This document shows, in pieces, positions 31,778-41,436 of a stretch of 64,000 bases of DNA (the first letter of the stretch is position 1; the number at the start of each line of letters is the position of its first letter). Origin of the DNA: Candidatus Omnitrophota bacterium (GTDB taxonomy: Bacteria; Omnitrophota; Gorgyraeia; Zapsychrales; JAHFFX01); contig JAHFFY010000001.1 in NCBI GenBank assembly GCA_023247705.1, positions 97,358 to 161,357 of the forward strand, in the 5' to 3' direction. The notes beneath the pieces were generated by a model that had not been told where the DNA came from, searched no databases, and saw only the letters and a list, made by a program, of their open reading frames with translations. The position numbers and the translations under genes are program-made.

Positions 31778-32757
31778 GAACATTTCATTATTTTTTCGAT
31801 TGCATGAATGACATCTAAGGGTTCTAGCAACTTCATGCATTCATGCTGATATAAACAACTGGCCCGTTCACAGGGAGAGCAAAAAATATCCTTTTGAACA
31901 ACGATATGGCGACTGTTTCCCCATGGACCGTATTTTTTCGGATCCGTCGGGCCAAAAATCGCCACGACTGGCACACGCAGATAACTGGCCAGATGCATCA
32001 CCGCACTATCGTTGACCAGGGCTAGGACCGATCGGCTTAACAGATCGGCTAATTGCGTCAAGGTTGTTTGCCCGCAGAGATTCAGACTGGGATGACGCAT
32101 TGCGGATTGGATTTGGGCAGAGATTTGCGCATCATTGTGATCCCCGATAAAAATAATGTTGCAACGATAAGTTGCTACTAAATGGTCACAGACCGAAACA
32201 AACCCATCCTTCTCCCAACGTTTAATGTGGTTCGCCGCCCCGGGACTGATAATAAAAATTTTCTGGTCCTGGGCCAGTTCTTTTTTTAATATTCGATCGA
32301 TTGATCTCGTATCTTCTTGAGAAATAAATAAGGCATAGCGCTTTTCAGATTCTGTTTCGAAAGGAACAATCGATTTCAAATGATTCAGGTGTTTAATCTT
32401 CATATGTTGACTGGAGGAATTCGCAATATTGGGTAGCGTCCTCTTCCGGGCCCGAATCATAAACGGGATGGCACTGTTGCGCAGATCAATCACTAAATCG
32501 AAGTGTTTTTTTCTTAATTCTCTAATCCACTGAATTTTTTGAAGATTGCTTGAGTGTTTGTTAAAAACATAGACTTGGTCGATATGGGGGTTCCCGGCAA
32601 AGAAGCTTTCCGCTTTAGGGCCAACCACAATTGATAGACGTGCGGTGGGAAAATCTCGTTTCAGGATATCGATTACCGGGAATGAGAGAATGACATCGCC
32701 CAGATTTGATAGAGAGATCAGGAGAATATCTTGAACATTATTAAGGTTTAAATTCAT
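31774..32757 (-). CDS. Glycosyltransferase family 9 (heptosyltransferase-like)
   Basis: LSNLGDVIL, SPGA...KRW, NDSAVMHLA, IFGPT, CSPC; start set at ATGA overlap 32757. Confidence 0.93.
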   Translation of the reverse strand: MNLNLNNVQDILLISLSNLGDVILSFPVIDILKRDFPTARLSIVVGPKAESFFAGNPHIDQVYVFNKHSSNLQKIQWIRELRKKHFDLVIDLRNSAIPFMIRARKRTLPNIANSSSQHMKIKHLNHLKSIVPFETESEKRYALFISQEDTRSIDRILKKELAQDQKIFIISPGAANHIKRWEKDGFVSVCDHLVATYRCNIIFIGDHNDAQISAQIQSAMRHPSLNLCGQTTLTQLADLLSRSVLALVNDSAVMHLASYLRVPVVAIFGPTDPKKYGPWGNSRHIVVQKDIFCSPCERASCLYQHECMKLLEPLDVIHAIEKIMKCS

Positions 32758-33794
32758 ACGCTTGAGCGGATTGTTGAACGATTTGTTTGAAACTTGCGCA
32801 CTTCCATGACAACATCTTCGACTTTGATTGATTCCATGCAGATATTCCTCGGGCAGTTCAGGAAATAACATGGGGCGCGATTACATCCGACATCCTTTTG
32901 GATGATCCGCACCTCTCCTTTTCCCCGAGGCCCTGTGATTTCCGGTCTTGTGGGACCGAATAGTCCGATCACCGCCGTTGCGACACTATTGGCTAAATGA
33001 AGCGGTCCGCTATCGGCCGAAATAACAAGATGACTTCTTTGCATCAACGCCAGAAGACGTTGGATTTTGGTCTCGCCGGCCAGGATGATTGGATCGGTTT
33101 GCGATATCAATGCAATTGTGTTTGCCAGGTCGACATCTTTTTGAGATCCTGAAATAATAACTTTTATATTGCAATCCTTCATCAAACATCGTACCAAAAG
33201 ACCAAAAGATTCCGGGGACCACCGTTTAAGATCCCAATTGCCTCCTGGATTGACAAGGACCAAAAAATCCTGAGCGCTGATGCCCTTTCTTTTTAGAAAA
33301 ACATCGATATCCTTTAATTCTTGCGGTTTGACCTTCAAGTCACAGATCCGGTCAGGAATTTTAATTCCGAATGATTCAATGACCTGCAGATAGATGTCGG
33401 ACCGGTGAACATTTCCTGCTAAAGGTTCAACTTTATGGGTTAAGAGGAATCCTCTATTTTTGGCGTCATATCCGACGCGCAAAGGAATTCCAGCACTAAA
33501 AACCAAAAACGCTCTGGTCATCGAACGGTGCAATAAAAAGGCAATATCAAATTGCTTTGATCTGATCTCGTTGATTAATTTTAATTTTCCAATCAGGCCC
33601 TTATGTTTTCCATCTTCATCATAAGATATGATCTGATCAATCTCCGGAATGCTTTCTAAGATTTCTTTCACTCTGGGAACCGCCAGACACACAACGGTCG
33701 CATGCGGATAAGCCGTCTTTAAAGCTTTAAAGACGGGTGATGAAAAGATAACATCTCCCAGCCAGTTTACATTAACGACTAATATACGTTTCAT
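32754..33794 (-). CDS. waaF: LPS heptosyltransferase II-like (GT9)
   Basis: NWLGDVIFSSP, NPGG...KRW, DSGPLHLA, LFGPT. Confidence 0.8.
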   Translation of the reverse strand: MKRILVVNVNWLGDVIFSSPVFKALKTAYPHATVVCLAVPRVKEILESIPEIDQIISYDEDGKHKGLIGKLKLINEIRSKQFDIAFLLHRSMTRAFLVFSAGIPLRVGYDAKNRGFLLTHKVEPLAGNVHRSDIYLQVIESFGIKIPDRICDLKVKPQELKDIDVFLKRKGISAQDFLVLVNPGGNWDLKRWSPESFGLLVRCLMKDCNIKVIISGSQKDVDLANTIALISQTDPIILAGETKIQRLLALMQRSHLVISADSGPLHLANSVATAVIGLFGPTRPEITGPRGKGEVRIIQKDVGCNRAPCYFLNCPRNICMESIKVEDVVMEVRKFQTNRSTIRSSV

Positions 33795-33834
33795 ATTTAA
33801 TGTTCAGATTTTTAAATTAATTAATCCTGTGGAG

Positions 33835-34941
33835 TTAATTAGTTTTATCCGATGAAATTTTTTTGTATAACTCTTGAGTCGCATTCACCATGCTGCTTGC
33901 GGAATATTCTTTTTGAACAAAACGTCTGGCCTGTTGCCCCATCTCGAGCGCCCTTTCTTTGTTCCGGGCAAGCAACATGACCGCTTCCGCCAGTAAGTAG
34001 GAGTTATCTGGTGGAACTAATAGACCAGTTTCGCCGTCTTCGATGAGATTGACAAGACCCCCGATCTTTGAGGCGACAACCGGAAGACCCGCGGCCTGGG
34101 CCTCCAGCACGGATAATCCCAGTCCTTCTTGAAGAGAAGGAAGGACAAAAATATCAAATAAGGATAACAACTCGGCCGTTTTGTTGACAACAGGATAAAA
34201 TTGGACATGATCTTGCAGTTTCAACGCGGCGACCTGCTGTTTTAAATTCTGTTCTTCTTTGCCCTCTCCAATGATCAAAAGTTTTGCTTTGGGATAATGA
34301 TCAATGATTTTTTTCATGGAGGCAATCAAGACATGGTGCCCCTTGACATCCGATAAACGGGCAATAATCCCGATGACCGGATAAACGTCCAATCCAAAGG
34401 ATTTTTTTCTAGCCTGTTTTTCTTTTTCAGTGAGTATGGGGAAATTTGCAATATCGATCCCATTTTTAATAAGGTCTACTTTGGAAGGAGCGATTTTAAA
34501 ATCTTTGGTCAAATGTTCATAGACCGCTTCACTGATCGCGATGACCCGCTTGCCCCAGCAGGGAAACATTCGTCTTGATAAACGCGGTTTAAAAAAACCA
34601 TGACAGGTGGAAATATTTGGTCGTCCGTTCATCCGATTCAGGCAAGTGGCGATCACCTGACAAATCCGCGTGTGTGCATGAATCACATCGATCTGGTTGT
34701 CTTTTACAAAGCGGTTCAGCCATCCGGCCGCCCAGTAAATCCGATAATCCAGTTCTGATTTCGTGCGGATATTCATGGTGATGTGCTCTATGCCCAGCGT
34801 ATGCGCCTGTTCAACCAAATTTCCACCGCTGGTAATCAAAAAAACACGATGCCCCTCTTTCACTAATCCCTGATTGAGTGTCAGGAGATAACTGGAAATC
34901 CCACCGGTATTAAAATGTGTTGTTAAATGTAAAATATTCAT
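33835..34941 (-). CDS. Glycosyltransferase family 4
   Basis: GG at N-terminus, IHAHTR, TCHG, ARLSDVKGH, PSLQEGLGLSVLEAQA. Confidence 0.94.
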   Translation of the reverse strand: MNILHLTTHFNTGGISSYLLTLNQGLVKEGHRVFLITSGGNLVEQAHTLGIEHITMNIRTKSELDYRIYWAAGWLNRFVKDNQIDVIHAHTRICQVIATCLNRMNGRPNISTCHGFFKPRLSRRMFPCWGKRVIAISEAVYEHLTKDFKIAPSKVDLIKNGIDIANFPILTEKEKQARKKSFGLDVYPVIGIIARLSDVKGHHVLIASMKKIIDHYPKAKLLIIGEGKEEQNLKQQVAALKLQDHVQFYPVVNKTAELLSLFDIFVLPSLQEGLGLSVLEAQAAGLPVVASKIGGLVNLIEDGETGLLVPPDNSYLLAEAVMLLARNKERALEMGQQARRFVQKEYSASSMVNATQELYKKISSDKTN

Positions 34942-37055
34942 TTCATTGGTTCGCTAGAAATTTGCTGCGCCATTAATTTCTCGATTTTGGACAATACCTC
35001 TTCCGCGGTGATGGTTTGCATGCAGTCATGCGTTTTAATCCGGCAGCTGGAACTGTAGCACGGAGAACACGGAAGATTTTTTTTGATGATCTCGTTTTTA
35101 AGCGCGTGAGGCGCATGACGGGCCGGATCAGTTGGACCAAAAAGAGCGACAAAGGGAATTTTCATCGCCGCCGCGATATGCATCGGTGCGGAATCTGGAG
35201 TTACAAAAACTTTGCAGCGTTTGATTAATGCGGCTAATTGCAGGATATCCGTTTTTCCAACAAAAATCGCGGGTTTGGTCTTAGTGAGTTTTAAAAGTTT
35301 GTGCGTTATTTCCTGATCTTTGTCCATACCCGTGATCATTACCCGAATGCTTTTGGCGGACAAAAGATCGCATAAACGCGCGATGCGCTCGATCGGCCAA
35401 TTTTTTGTTCCCCATTTCCGGGAAGCCGCGATATTGATCCCGACAACATTATTCACATTTCCCAGCCATTCTGAATCCAAAAGTCCTTTGGCGTATTCAT
35501 GATCTTTTTTTGAAGGCCAAAGTTGCAATGGGATCTCCGGGTTCCACGGGATATCTAACAATTTTAAAATCTGAAACTGGTGCTGAACCGGAGCCATGTT
35601 CTTATCGATGTCTTTTATTCGATGAGATAACAAAAATCCCCATTTACGATCATAACCGTAACTTTCTCTTGGGAAACTTAATAACGAAAGCAAATGACTT
35701 TTGCGGCTGTTTTGAAAGTCGATGATCTTATCAAATTTATACTGGCGCAATCTTTTTGAACATGACCATAATCCGCGCCATCCGCGATCGGCGGCATGGG
35801 AATCAAAGACGATCAGTCCATCGAGATCAGGACATCGCTGTAAAATATCCTGCGCGCCTGTCCCCACCAGACAATAGATTTTGGCGTTCGAAAATTTTTT
35901 CCGAATTGCCTTTAACGAGGAGGTGATCAGGATGACATCACCGATGGAACTTAACTTAATGACCAGAATACGGCAAGAGTTTAATAATTCCTGATAAACT
36001 TTTAGCGTTTGTTCGGCCATCTGTTTCAAGGTAAAATTGGCCAAAAGTTTTTTTTGCGCGTTTGTCGTGAGACGTTCGACTAATTTAGGATCTCGTAAGA
36101 GTCGGATCACCTGTTCCGCCATTCGGTCCGGATCTCTGGGTTCAACTAAAATCCCTGTTTGTTCGTCATCAATAATTTCAACGACTCCTCCCACCCGGGT
36201 GGCGACCACCGGAACGCCGGCGGCTTGAGCCTCTAAAATCACCCGGCCAAAGGCCTCTTGGGTAATCGTGGACAAAACGAGCACATCCGTTTGAGATAAC
36301 AATTGGGGAATATCTTTGCGATTTCCGAGAAACTCAACAGATTCTTTTAATCCAAGCCGCCGCACCAGCGTTTCTAATTCGCGCTTATAGGATTCTTTTT
36401 TCTCCGGCACATCACCGATGATCCAGATTTTTATCATTGGCAATGTCCGGATGACTTTAGACATGGCCTTTAAAAAATAGATGTGACCTTTGAGGGGAGT
36501 GATCCGCCCGATCATGGAAATGACAAACGGCCCTTGAGCGTTTTTTTCTTTTCTGGGAAAATGAAACTTTTCCAGATCAACACTCCTGGGGATGAGACGC
36601 AGATCCAAGGGATCGACTTTGAAGTGTTTAACCATGTGCTGACCGATCACTTGACTCGGGACAATGACAAGTTTAGGCAAGCCCATCACCCGGCTTAGAA
36701 AATGTATCGAATAATATCCGTGACACGTTGTAATAAATTCTGCCGCGGTCCCCCGACACGCAAAAAATGCAATCCACGCTGGCACGCGGGATCTGGCATG
36801 AACAATATCGATCCGTTCGTCTTTAATAATTTTTTTTAAGCGATGGATACAGGATAAAATTGTGCCGATCGATTTTTTGTGCACCGGAAGAGCGTAATGC
36901 TTTGCTCCCGCCTTTTCTAACTCCGGGACTAATGTCCCACCGTTAGAGACAACAATCGCTGGATGGCCGTGAGCGATCAAGTATTTTGCAAAATCGATCG
37001 TCCCGGTTTCCACCCCACCGACATTTAATTCAGGAAGTATTTGCAGAATTTTCAT
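34938..37055 (-). CDS. Fused GT4-GT9 glycosyltransferase
   Basis: N half: GGVETG, HARSRVPAW, GRITPLKGH, EAFGRVILEAQA; C half: KLSSIGDVIL, DSAPMHIAAA, LFGPT, CSPCY. Confidence 0.92.
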   Translation of the reverse strand: MKILQILPELNVGGVETGTIDFAKYLIAHGHPAIVVSNGGTLVPELEKAGAKHYALPVHKKSIGTILSCIHRLKKIIKDERIDIVHARSRVPAWIAFFACRGTAAEFITTCHGYYSIHFLSRVMGLPKLVIVPSQVIGQHMVKHFKVDPLDLRLIPRSVDLEKFHFPRKEKNAQGPFVISMIGRITPLKGHIYFLKAMSKVIRTLPMIKIWIIGDVPEKKESYKRELETLVRRLGLKESVEFLGNRKDIPQLLSQTDVLVLSTITQEAFGRVILEAQAAGVPVVATRVGGVVEIIDDEQTGILVEPRDPDRMAEQVIRLLRDPKLVERLTTNAQKKLLANFTLKQMAEQTLKVYQELLNSCRILVIKLSSIGDVILITSSLKAIRKKFSNAKIYCLVGTGAQDILQRCPDLDGLIVFDSHAADRGWRGLWSCSKRLRQYKFDKIIDFQNSRKSHLLSLLSFPRESYGYDRKWGFLLSHRIKDIDKNMAPVQHQFQILKLLDIPWNPEIPLQLWPSKKDHEYAKGLLDSEWLGNVNNVVGINIAASRKWGTKNWPIERIARLCDLLSAKSIRVMITGMDKDQEITHKLLKLTKTKPAIFVGKTDILQLAALIKRCKVFVTPDSAPMHIAAAMKIPFVALFGPTDPARHAPHALKNEIIKKNLPCSPCYSSSCRIKTHDCMQTITAEEVLSKIEKLMAQQISSEPMK

Positions 37056-39034
37056 ATAATCTTTCTGACACCATTGAGAATAGTTTCCTGGTCGTTGATG
37101 GGCCTGGTTCGCATTTTATTTTTAATCACATCACAAATGGACCGTTTGATATGATAAACGTCGCAGGACAGGATATAACCTTGTTCATTTAATTTTTCGA
37201 TAAATGAATCATGTTTGAATGAACTCATCAGCGCCCGTTTTTTCTTTTTGACAGAAAAAACAATTGTATTTTTTCCGGAACTGGCGGACTCGGAAATCAT
37301 TGAAACACTATCGCCTGAAACAACCAATACATCGGACAACCCCAGAATACCGCCAAACGATTCGGGAATGTTCACTCGGTTGGGAATGATCGATAATGCA
37401 CAGCGGGGGAAACGGCGCAACTCGCGCAAGACCAAGTTTTCCACTTGGGCAGATGTTCGACGGGACGTTGTGACCATAATCTCGGCATTAATCGCCTCGG
37501 CCGCCTCCTTAATCTGATGGATCACAATCTTGACCAAATATTCAGTCAATCGATAATTTTTGTTGTCTCCTCCCAAGAGTAAACCAATCTTGATTTTCTG
37601 GCGTAGCTTAAGATGGGAAAAGCGATTCAATAAGGTATGCGTTTGCTGCTGAAGATATTGGGCGGTGATGAGATTCGGTGCGCCTTTGGTCACGATGATT
37701 CGGTCCTGATAACGGTAACTCGAGGAAAGATCATGTTGAGGTAAGACGATCAAATCGAACCGGCGGAAACTTAGCATCCCAGGCTTAAGGACCGAGATAC
37801 TTTTTGCTTGATGATCTTTAGCCAATAAATAGTTTAGACTCGATACCGAAGACCCGCAGGAAACAATGAAATCGGCTTTCATGGACATCAGCTGTTCAAA
37901 GGATTCGTGGGTCAAAAATTTGCGCAAAAATTCCAGACGCCCTTGAGAAAAGAAAGAATTCGAAAGAAGGCTCAGGAGGGAGATCAAGCGAGATTCCAAT
38001 CGACTTTTAAAAATGACTGGTAACGTAACCGTTTTTGTTTGAATCCCTCTTTCGTGCAACGCCGTCTCAATCAGTTTGGCTATGGTTTCGGATTGTCGCA
38101 GATGCCCTATTTTCCCATCGCTGAGAACGACAATCGTCGATTCATTAGAATATTTCCAAATTTTATAAAACCACATGTATTCGGATGGATACTGCCGGAT
38201 ATAGTGTTCCATGTTCTTCGTGATGATGTTCAGGTTACTAATGACGTCTGCATCAACATTGCCTGTTTTGATCAACTCGATTGGTTTATTGATAATCAAT
38301 CGGTGTTGCGAGACATTGTCCCGAATAATGACGGAAAAACATAATGGGACGCCTAATTTTAACCCCAGGCGAATCGCCCCGCTGGATAAGGACGCCTGAC
38401 GATCAAAAAACGGAACCAAGGTTCCTTCTTTTCCTCCTTGGTCAACGACCATCGCGATGACTTCATTATTTTTTAAACTTTTGATCATTTCCCGGCTTCC
38501 CAGTCCGCGTGATAGCACAACCGATCCACCGCATTCCCGATAGGAATTAAGTAATTCATCTAGTTTGGAAAACCGGTTTTGCGGCTTGACGATCACTTTA
38601 TACGGACTCCCCAACAGCGCACAGGCTAAACTGGCCAATTCCCAGCTGCCAAAATGCATGGCGATGATAATCACGCCCCGGCCTTCCTTGAGGGCGTTAG
38701 AAATATGCTCTTTTCCTTCGATCTTGATGACTTTATCAAAATCTTCGGGTTTCATCAAAGGGAGGCGAAAGAGCTCAATCAGATTCTGTCCAAAATTTTG
38801 GAATAAATTTTTGGTAATTTTTTTGAGTTCATTAGACGTTTTCGTCTCTGAGAAGGCAATCTTAAGATTTGCATAAGCTAGGGATTTATGACGGATGTCA
38901 AAATAATACGCAAGCACTCCAAGGATCCGTCCGATTCCTAATGCCACCTTGAGCGGTAGAGCACGCATCAGTACACCGAAGGCTTGGGCGCTATAATAAA
39001 GCAAATATTCGTTGAGCGAGGTCTTCTTTACCAT
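37052..39034 (-). CDS. Fused lipid A late acyltransferase (LpxL/HtrB) and ELM1-like domain
   Basis: N half: HFGSWE, VDQ, FF, PSEYMW..K.WK; C half: LSDGK.GH..QS, P.HD, GAPN.I, LLLGG, TTSRRT, VSGDSVSMISE..SSGK. Confidence 0.88.
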   Translation of the reverse strand: MVKKTSLNEYLLYYSAQAFGVLMRALPLKVALGIGRILGVLAYYFDIRHKSLAYANLKIAFSETKTSNELKKITKNLFQNFGQNLIELFRLPLMKPEDFDKVIKIEGKEHISNALKEGRGVIIIAMHFGSWELASLACALLGSPYKVIVKPQNRFSKLDELLNSYRECGGSVVLSRGLGSREMIKSLKNNEVIAMVVDQGGKEGTLVPFFDRQASLSSGAIRLGLKLGVPLCFSVIIRDNVSQHRLIINKPIELIKTGNVDADVISNLNIITKNMEHYIRQYPSEYMWFYKIWKYSNESTIVVLSDGKIGHLRQSETIAKLIETALHERGIQTKTVTLPVIFKSRLESRLISLLSLLSNSFFSQGRLEFLRKFLTHESFEQLMSMKADFIVSCGSSVSSLNYLLAKDHQAKSISVLKPGMLSFRRFDLIVLPQHDLSSSYRYQDRIIVTKGAPNLITAQYLQQQTHTLLNRFSHLKLRQKIKIGLLLGGDNKNYRLTEYLVKIVIHQIKEAAEAINAEIMVTTSRRTSAQVENLVLRELRRFPRCALSIIPNRVNIPESFGGILGLSDVLVVSGDSVSMISESASSGKNTIVFSVKKKKRALMSSFKHDSFIEKLNEQGYILSCDVYHIKRSICDVIKNKMRTRPINDQETILNGVRKII

Positions 39035-40067
39035 GGGTGATTTGAATTTTAATTTTTAAATAGTAAATTTTTAATCCGCTTTGCACAAACAAGGATTGCT
39101 GTGTCTGCAATTTAACGGCGTCTTTTTGAGTCGTTATTACTGTGTCAATTTTCTGCGATTGAAAATCCTTTATAAGATCCGAAATGTCTTGAGTGTTATA
39201 GTAATGATGATCCCGGAATGGCGTCATCATCTTGACTCGCGCACCAAGCCGCTCTAACTGCCATCGAAAAGATGCAGGATTCCCGATACTACAAAAAGCA
39301 CCGATGTCTTTATTCTGCAAGAATGACAAATCGTGGTGTTTATCAATATTCCATAAATCATCAAGGGAAATCGCCTGATGAATACTTTCGATGATCAAGC
39401 ATTGCGGTTGAACATTGAATATAACATTTTTAATCTCTGGTAATGCCTTTTCCCCTAAATCTGTTCTAGTCAAGACAACAACGTCTGCGCGCACCAAGGC
39501 CTTCTTCGGTTCACGTAAAATACCTCGCGGGATCAAGAAACCGTTGCCAAAGGGATTGGTCGAATCAATAACGACAATATTAAGATCGCGTTTGATCCCC
39601 CATTGTTGAAATCCGTCATCAAGAATAAAAAGATCAGGATGATATTTTGCTAAAGCCTCTCGCGCATTTTTGACCCGGTCTTTTCCGGCTAAGACCGGGA
39701 CATGCGGCAGAGATTCCTCTAATAGCTTTGCCTCGTCGCTCAAAAAAAATTTTCCTGAAGAAGCTACCTCCTTGGGCATATACCCTCGGATAAGGATGAC
39801 TGGTTTTTGTTTTTGTTCTGTTAGAAGCGAGGTAATCAACTCAACCAAAGGGGTTTTCCCAACACCACCCCAAGTGATATTGCCCACACTGATGACTGGT
39901 TTAGAAAAATTATGCGTGCGAAAAAATCCGATGCGATAAAAAAATAAAATGCACTCAACAATTGCGCCATACAGCAATGACAAAATTTTTAAGATAGTAA
40001 AGATTGTCCGTCCATCCCCGCTTGCCATGGTTTGGTCTGTCATCACGTTATAGATCATTTTTTTCAT
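38991..40067 (-). CDS. lpxK: Tetraacyldisaccharide 4'-kinase
   Basis: VISVGNITWGGVGKTP, RGY, SDE, LDDGFQ, P.G.LREP, SIGNP..F, DHH.Y, TTQKDAVK. Confidence 0.97.
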   Translation of the reverse strand: MKKMIYNVMTDQTMASGDGRTIFTILKILSLLYGAIVECILFFYRIGFFRTHNFSKPVISVGNITWGGVGKTPLVELITSLLTEQKQKPVILIRGYMPKEVASSGKFFLSDEAKLLEESLPHVPVLAGKDRVKNAREALAKYHPDLFILDDGFQQWGIKRDLNIVVIDSTNPFGNGFLIPRGILREPKKALVRADVVVLTRTDLGEKALPEIKNVIFNVQPQCLIIESIHQAISLDDLWNIDKHHDLSFLQNKDIGAFCSIGNPASFRWQLERLGARVKMMTPFRDHHYYNTQDISDLIKDFQSQKIDTVITTQKDAVKLQTQQSLFVQSGLKIYYLKIKIQITHGKEDLAQRIFALL

Positions 40068-41352
40068 GAGCGGGTCTGGTTATTATATCGTTTTTAAGAA
40101 TTTGGCCAATAAAAGATAAAATTCTTTCTGTCGCCCCTCCCTGGTTAAGGACAACCTTTTTAGCTGACTGTCCGATATGGACTAGGTTCTCGGGATGACG
40201 CAAAAGGTCGATCATTTTTGATTCCAGTTCGATTTCATTCTGAATCTGGATGACCGCTTGGTTTTGTAAGAAAATATCCAGGATATCGTGAAAATTATCC
40301 ATGTGCGGTCCGACCAAAACAGTATTCCCAAAAAAGGCAGGCTCAATAATATTATGTCCCCCTTTCATGGTTAAGCTTTTCCCTAAAAATACGATTTTGG
40401 ATAACGCATAAAAGGATCTAAGTTGGCCAATGGTATCCACCAGAATGACTTCATCGTGTTGGATGGGCCGCGTATTTTGGATTTTAGATAAAGTGATGGG
40501 CGTCATCCCGTAATGTTTTATTAATTCAAGAACTTCTTTTGAACGTTCAATGTGTCTGGGAGCAATCAGCAAGCGCAGATGTTGAAATTCAGAAGATAAA
40601 TTTTTTAAAATTTTCAAGACAATCGCTTCTTCTCCGGGATGAGTGCTCCCGGCAATCCAAAGCAGGTTTCCGGGAGAGATGGACAACCATGGAGTGTTCA
40701 GCGGAATTTCCTCGGGAACTTCATCAAATTTCATGTTCCCGGTCACAGTGATTTTTTTGTTACCAACCCCTAACCCACGTAAAGACTCTGCATCCCGATG
40801 ACTTTGCATGCAAAACACGGCGACACAATCCAGCGCCGGTTTAATTAAAAATTTAAACGCTGAATATCCACGGAATGATTTTGGCGATATCCTTCCGTTG
40901 ATCACAATAATCGGTATGCGTTCTTTGTTGAGTCTTAGAAAAAGATTTGGCCAAATTTCGGTTTCTGTAACGATGTAAATTTTGGGGCGGAGCTGGCGTA
41001 TGTATCGTTTGACAATCCAGCTGAAGTCCAGCGGAGCAAAGATAATTTGATCGGCTTGTTTTATTTGGGAAACAGCCACCGCATACCCGGTCTTGGTTAC
41101 AGTCGATAAAACCACGCGATGATTCGGGTATTTCTGTTTGATCAAACGGATTAAATTGACGATCGCCAAAACCTCTCCAACACTGACTGCATGAATCCAG
41201 ATGTTGTCCTGGGAAGAGATGGCGTCCTTAAATTTTTCAGAGAAAATTCCAAACCGGGTACGGAATTTTGAATGCCATTTTCGTCTCGCGATCAGATACG
41301 GGAGGTAAATAATGGAAAAAAGTAAAAATATAAAATCATAAATGGTGCTCAT
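40048..41352 (-). CDS. waaA: KDO transferase
   Basis: WIHAVSVGE, ETEIWPN, INGRIS..S, AGSTHPGEE, APRHIER, GGHNIIEPA. Confidence 0.97.
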   Translation of the reverse strand: MSTIYDFIFLLFSIIYLPYLIARRKWHSKFRTRFGIFSEKFKDAISSQDNIWIHAVSVGEVLAIVNLIRLIKQKYPNHRVVLSTVTKTGYAVAVSQIKQADQIIFAPLDFSWIVKRYIRQLRPKIYIVTETEIWPNLFLRLNKERIPIIVINGRISPKSFRGYSAFKFLIKPALDCVAVFCMQSHRDAESLRGLGVGNKKITVTGNMKFDEVPEEIPLNTPWLSISPGNLLWIAGSTHPGEEAIVLKILKNLSSEFQHLRLLIAPRHIERSKEVLELIKHYGMTPITLSKIQNTRPIQHDEVILVDTIGQLRSFYALSKIVFLGKSLTMKGGHNIIEPAFFGNTVLVGPHMDNFHDILDIFLQNQAVIQIQNEIELESKMIDLLRHPENLVHIGQSAKKVVLNQGGATERILSFIGQILKNDIITRPAHEKNDL

Positions 41353-41436
41353 AAGGTCTCAAATCATGTTTGTGAACACTAAACAACTGTTTCTTCTGGA
41401 GAGTCACGCAAAGTTGACATCGTATGCGTTTTAAGT

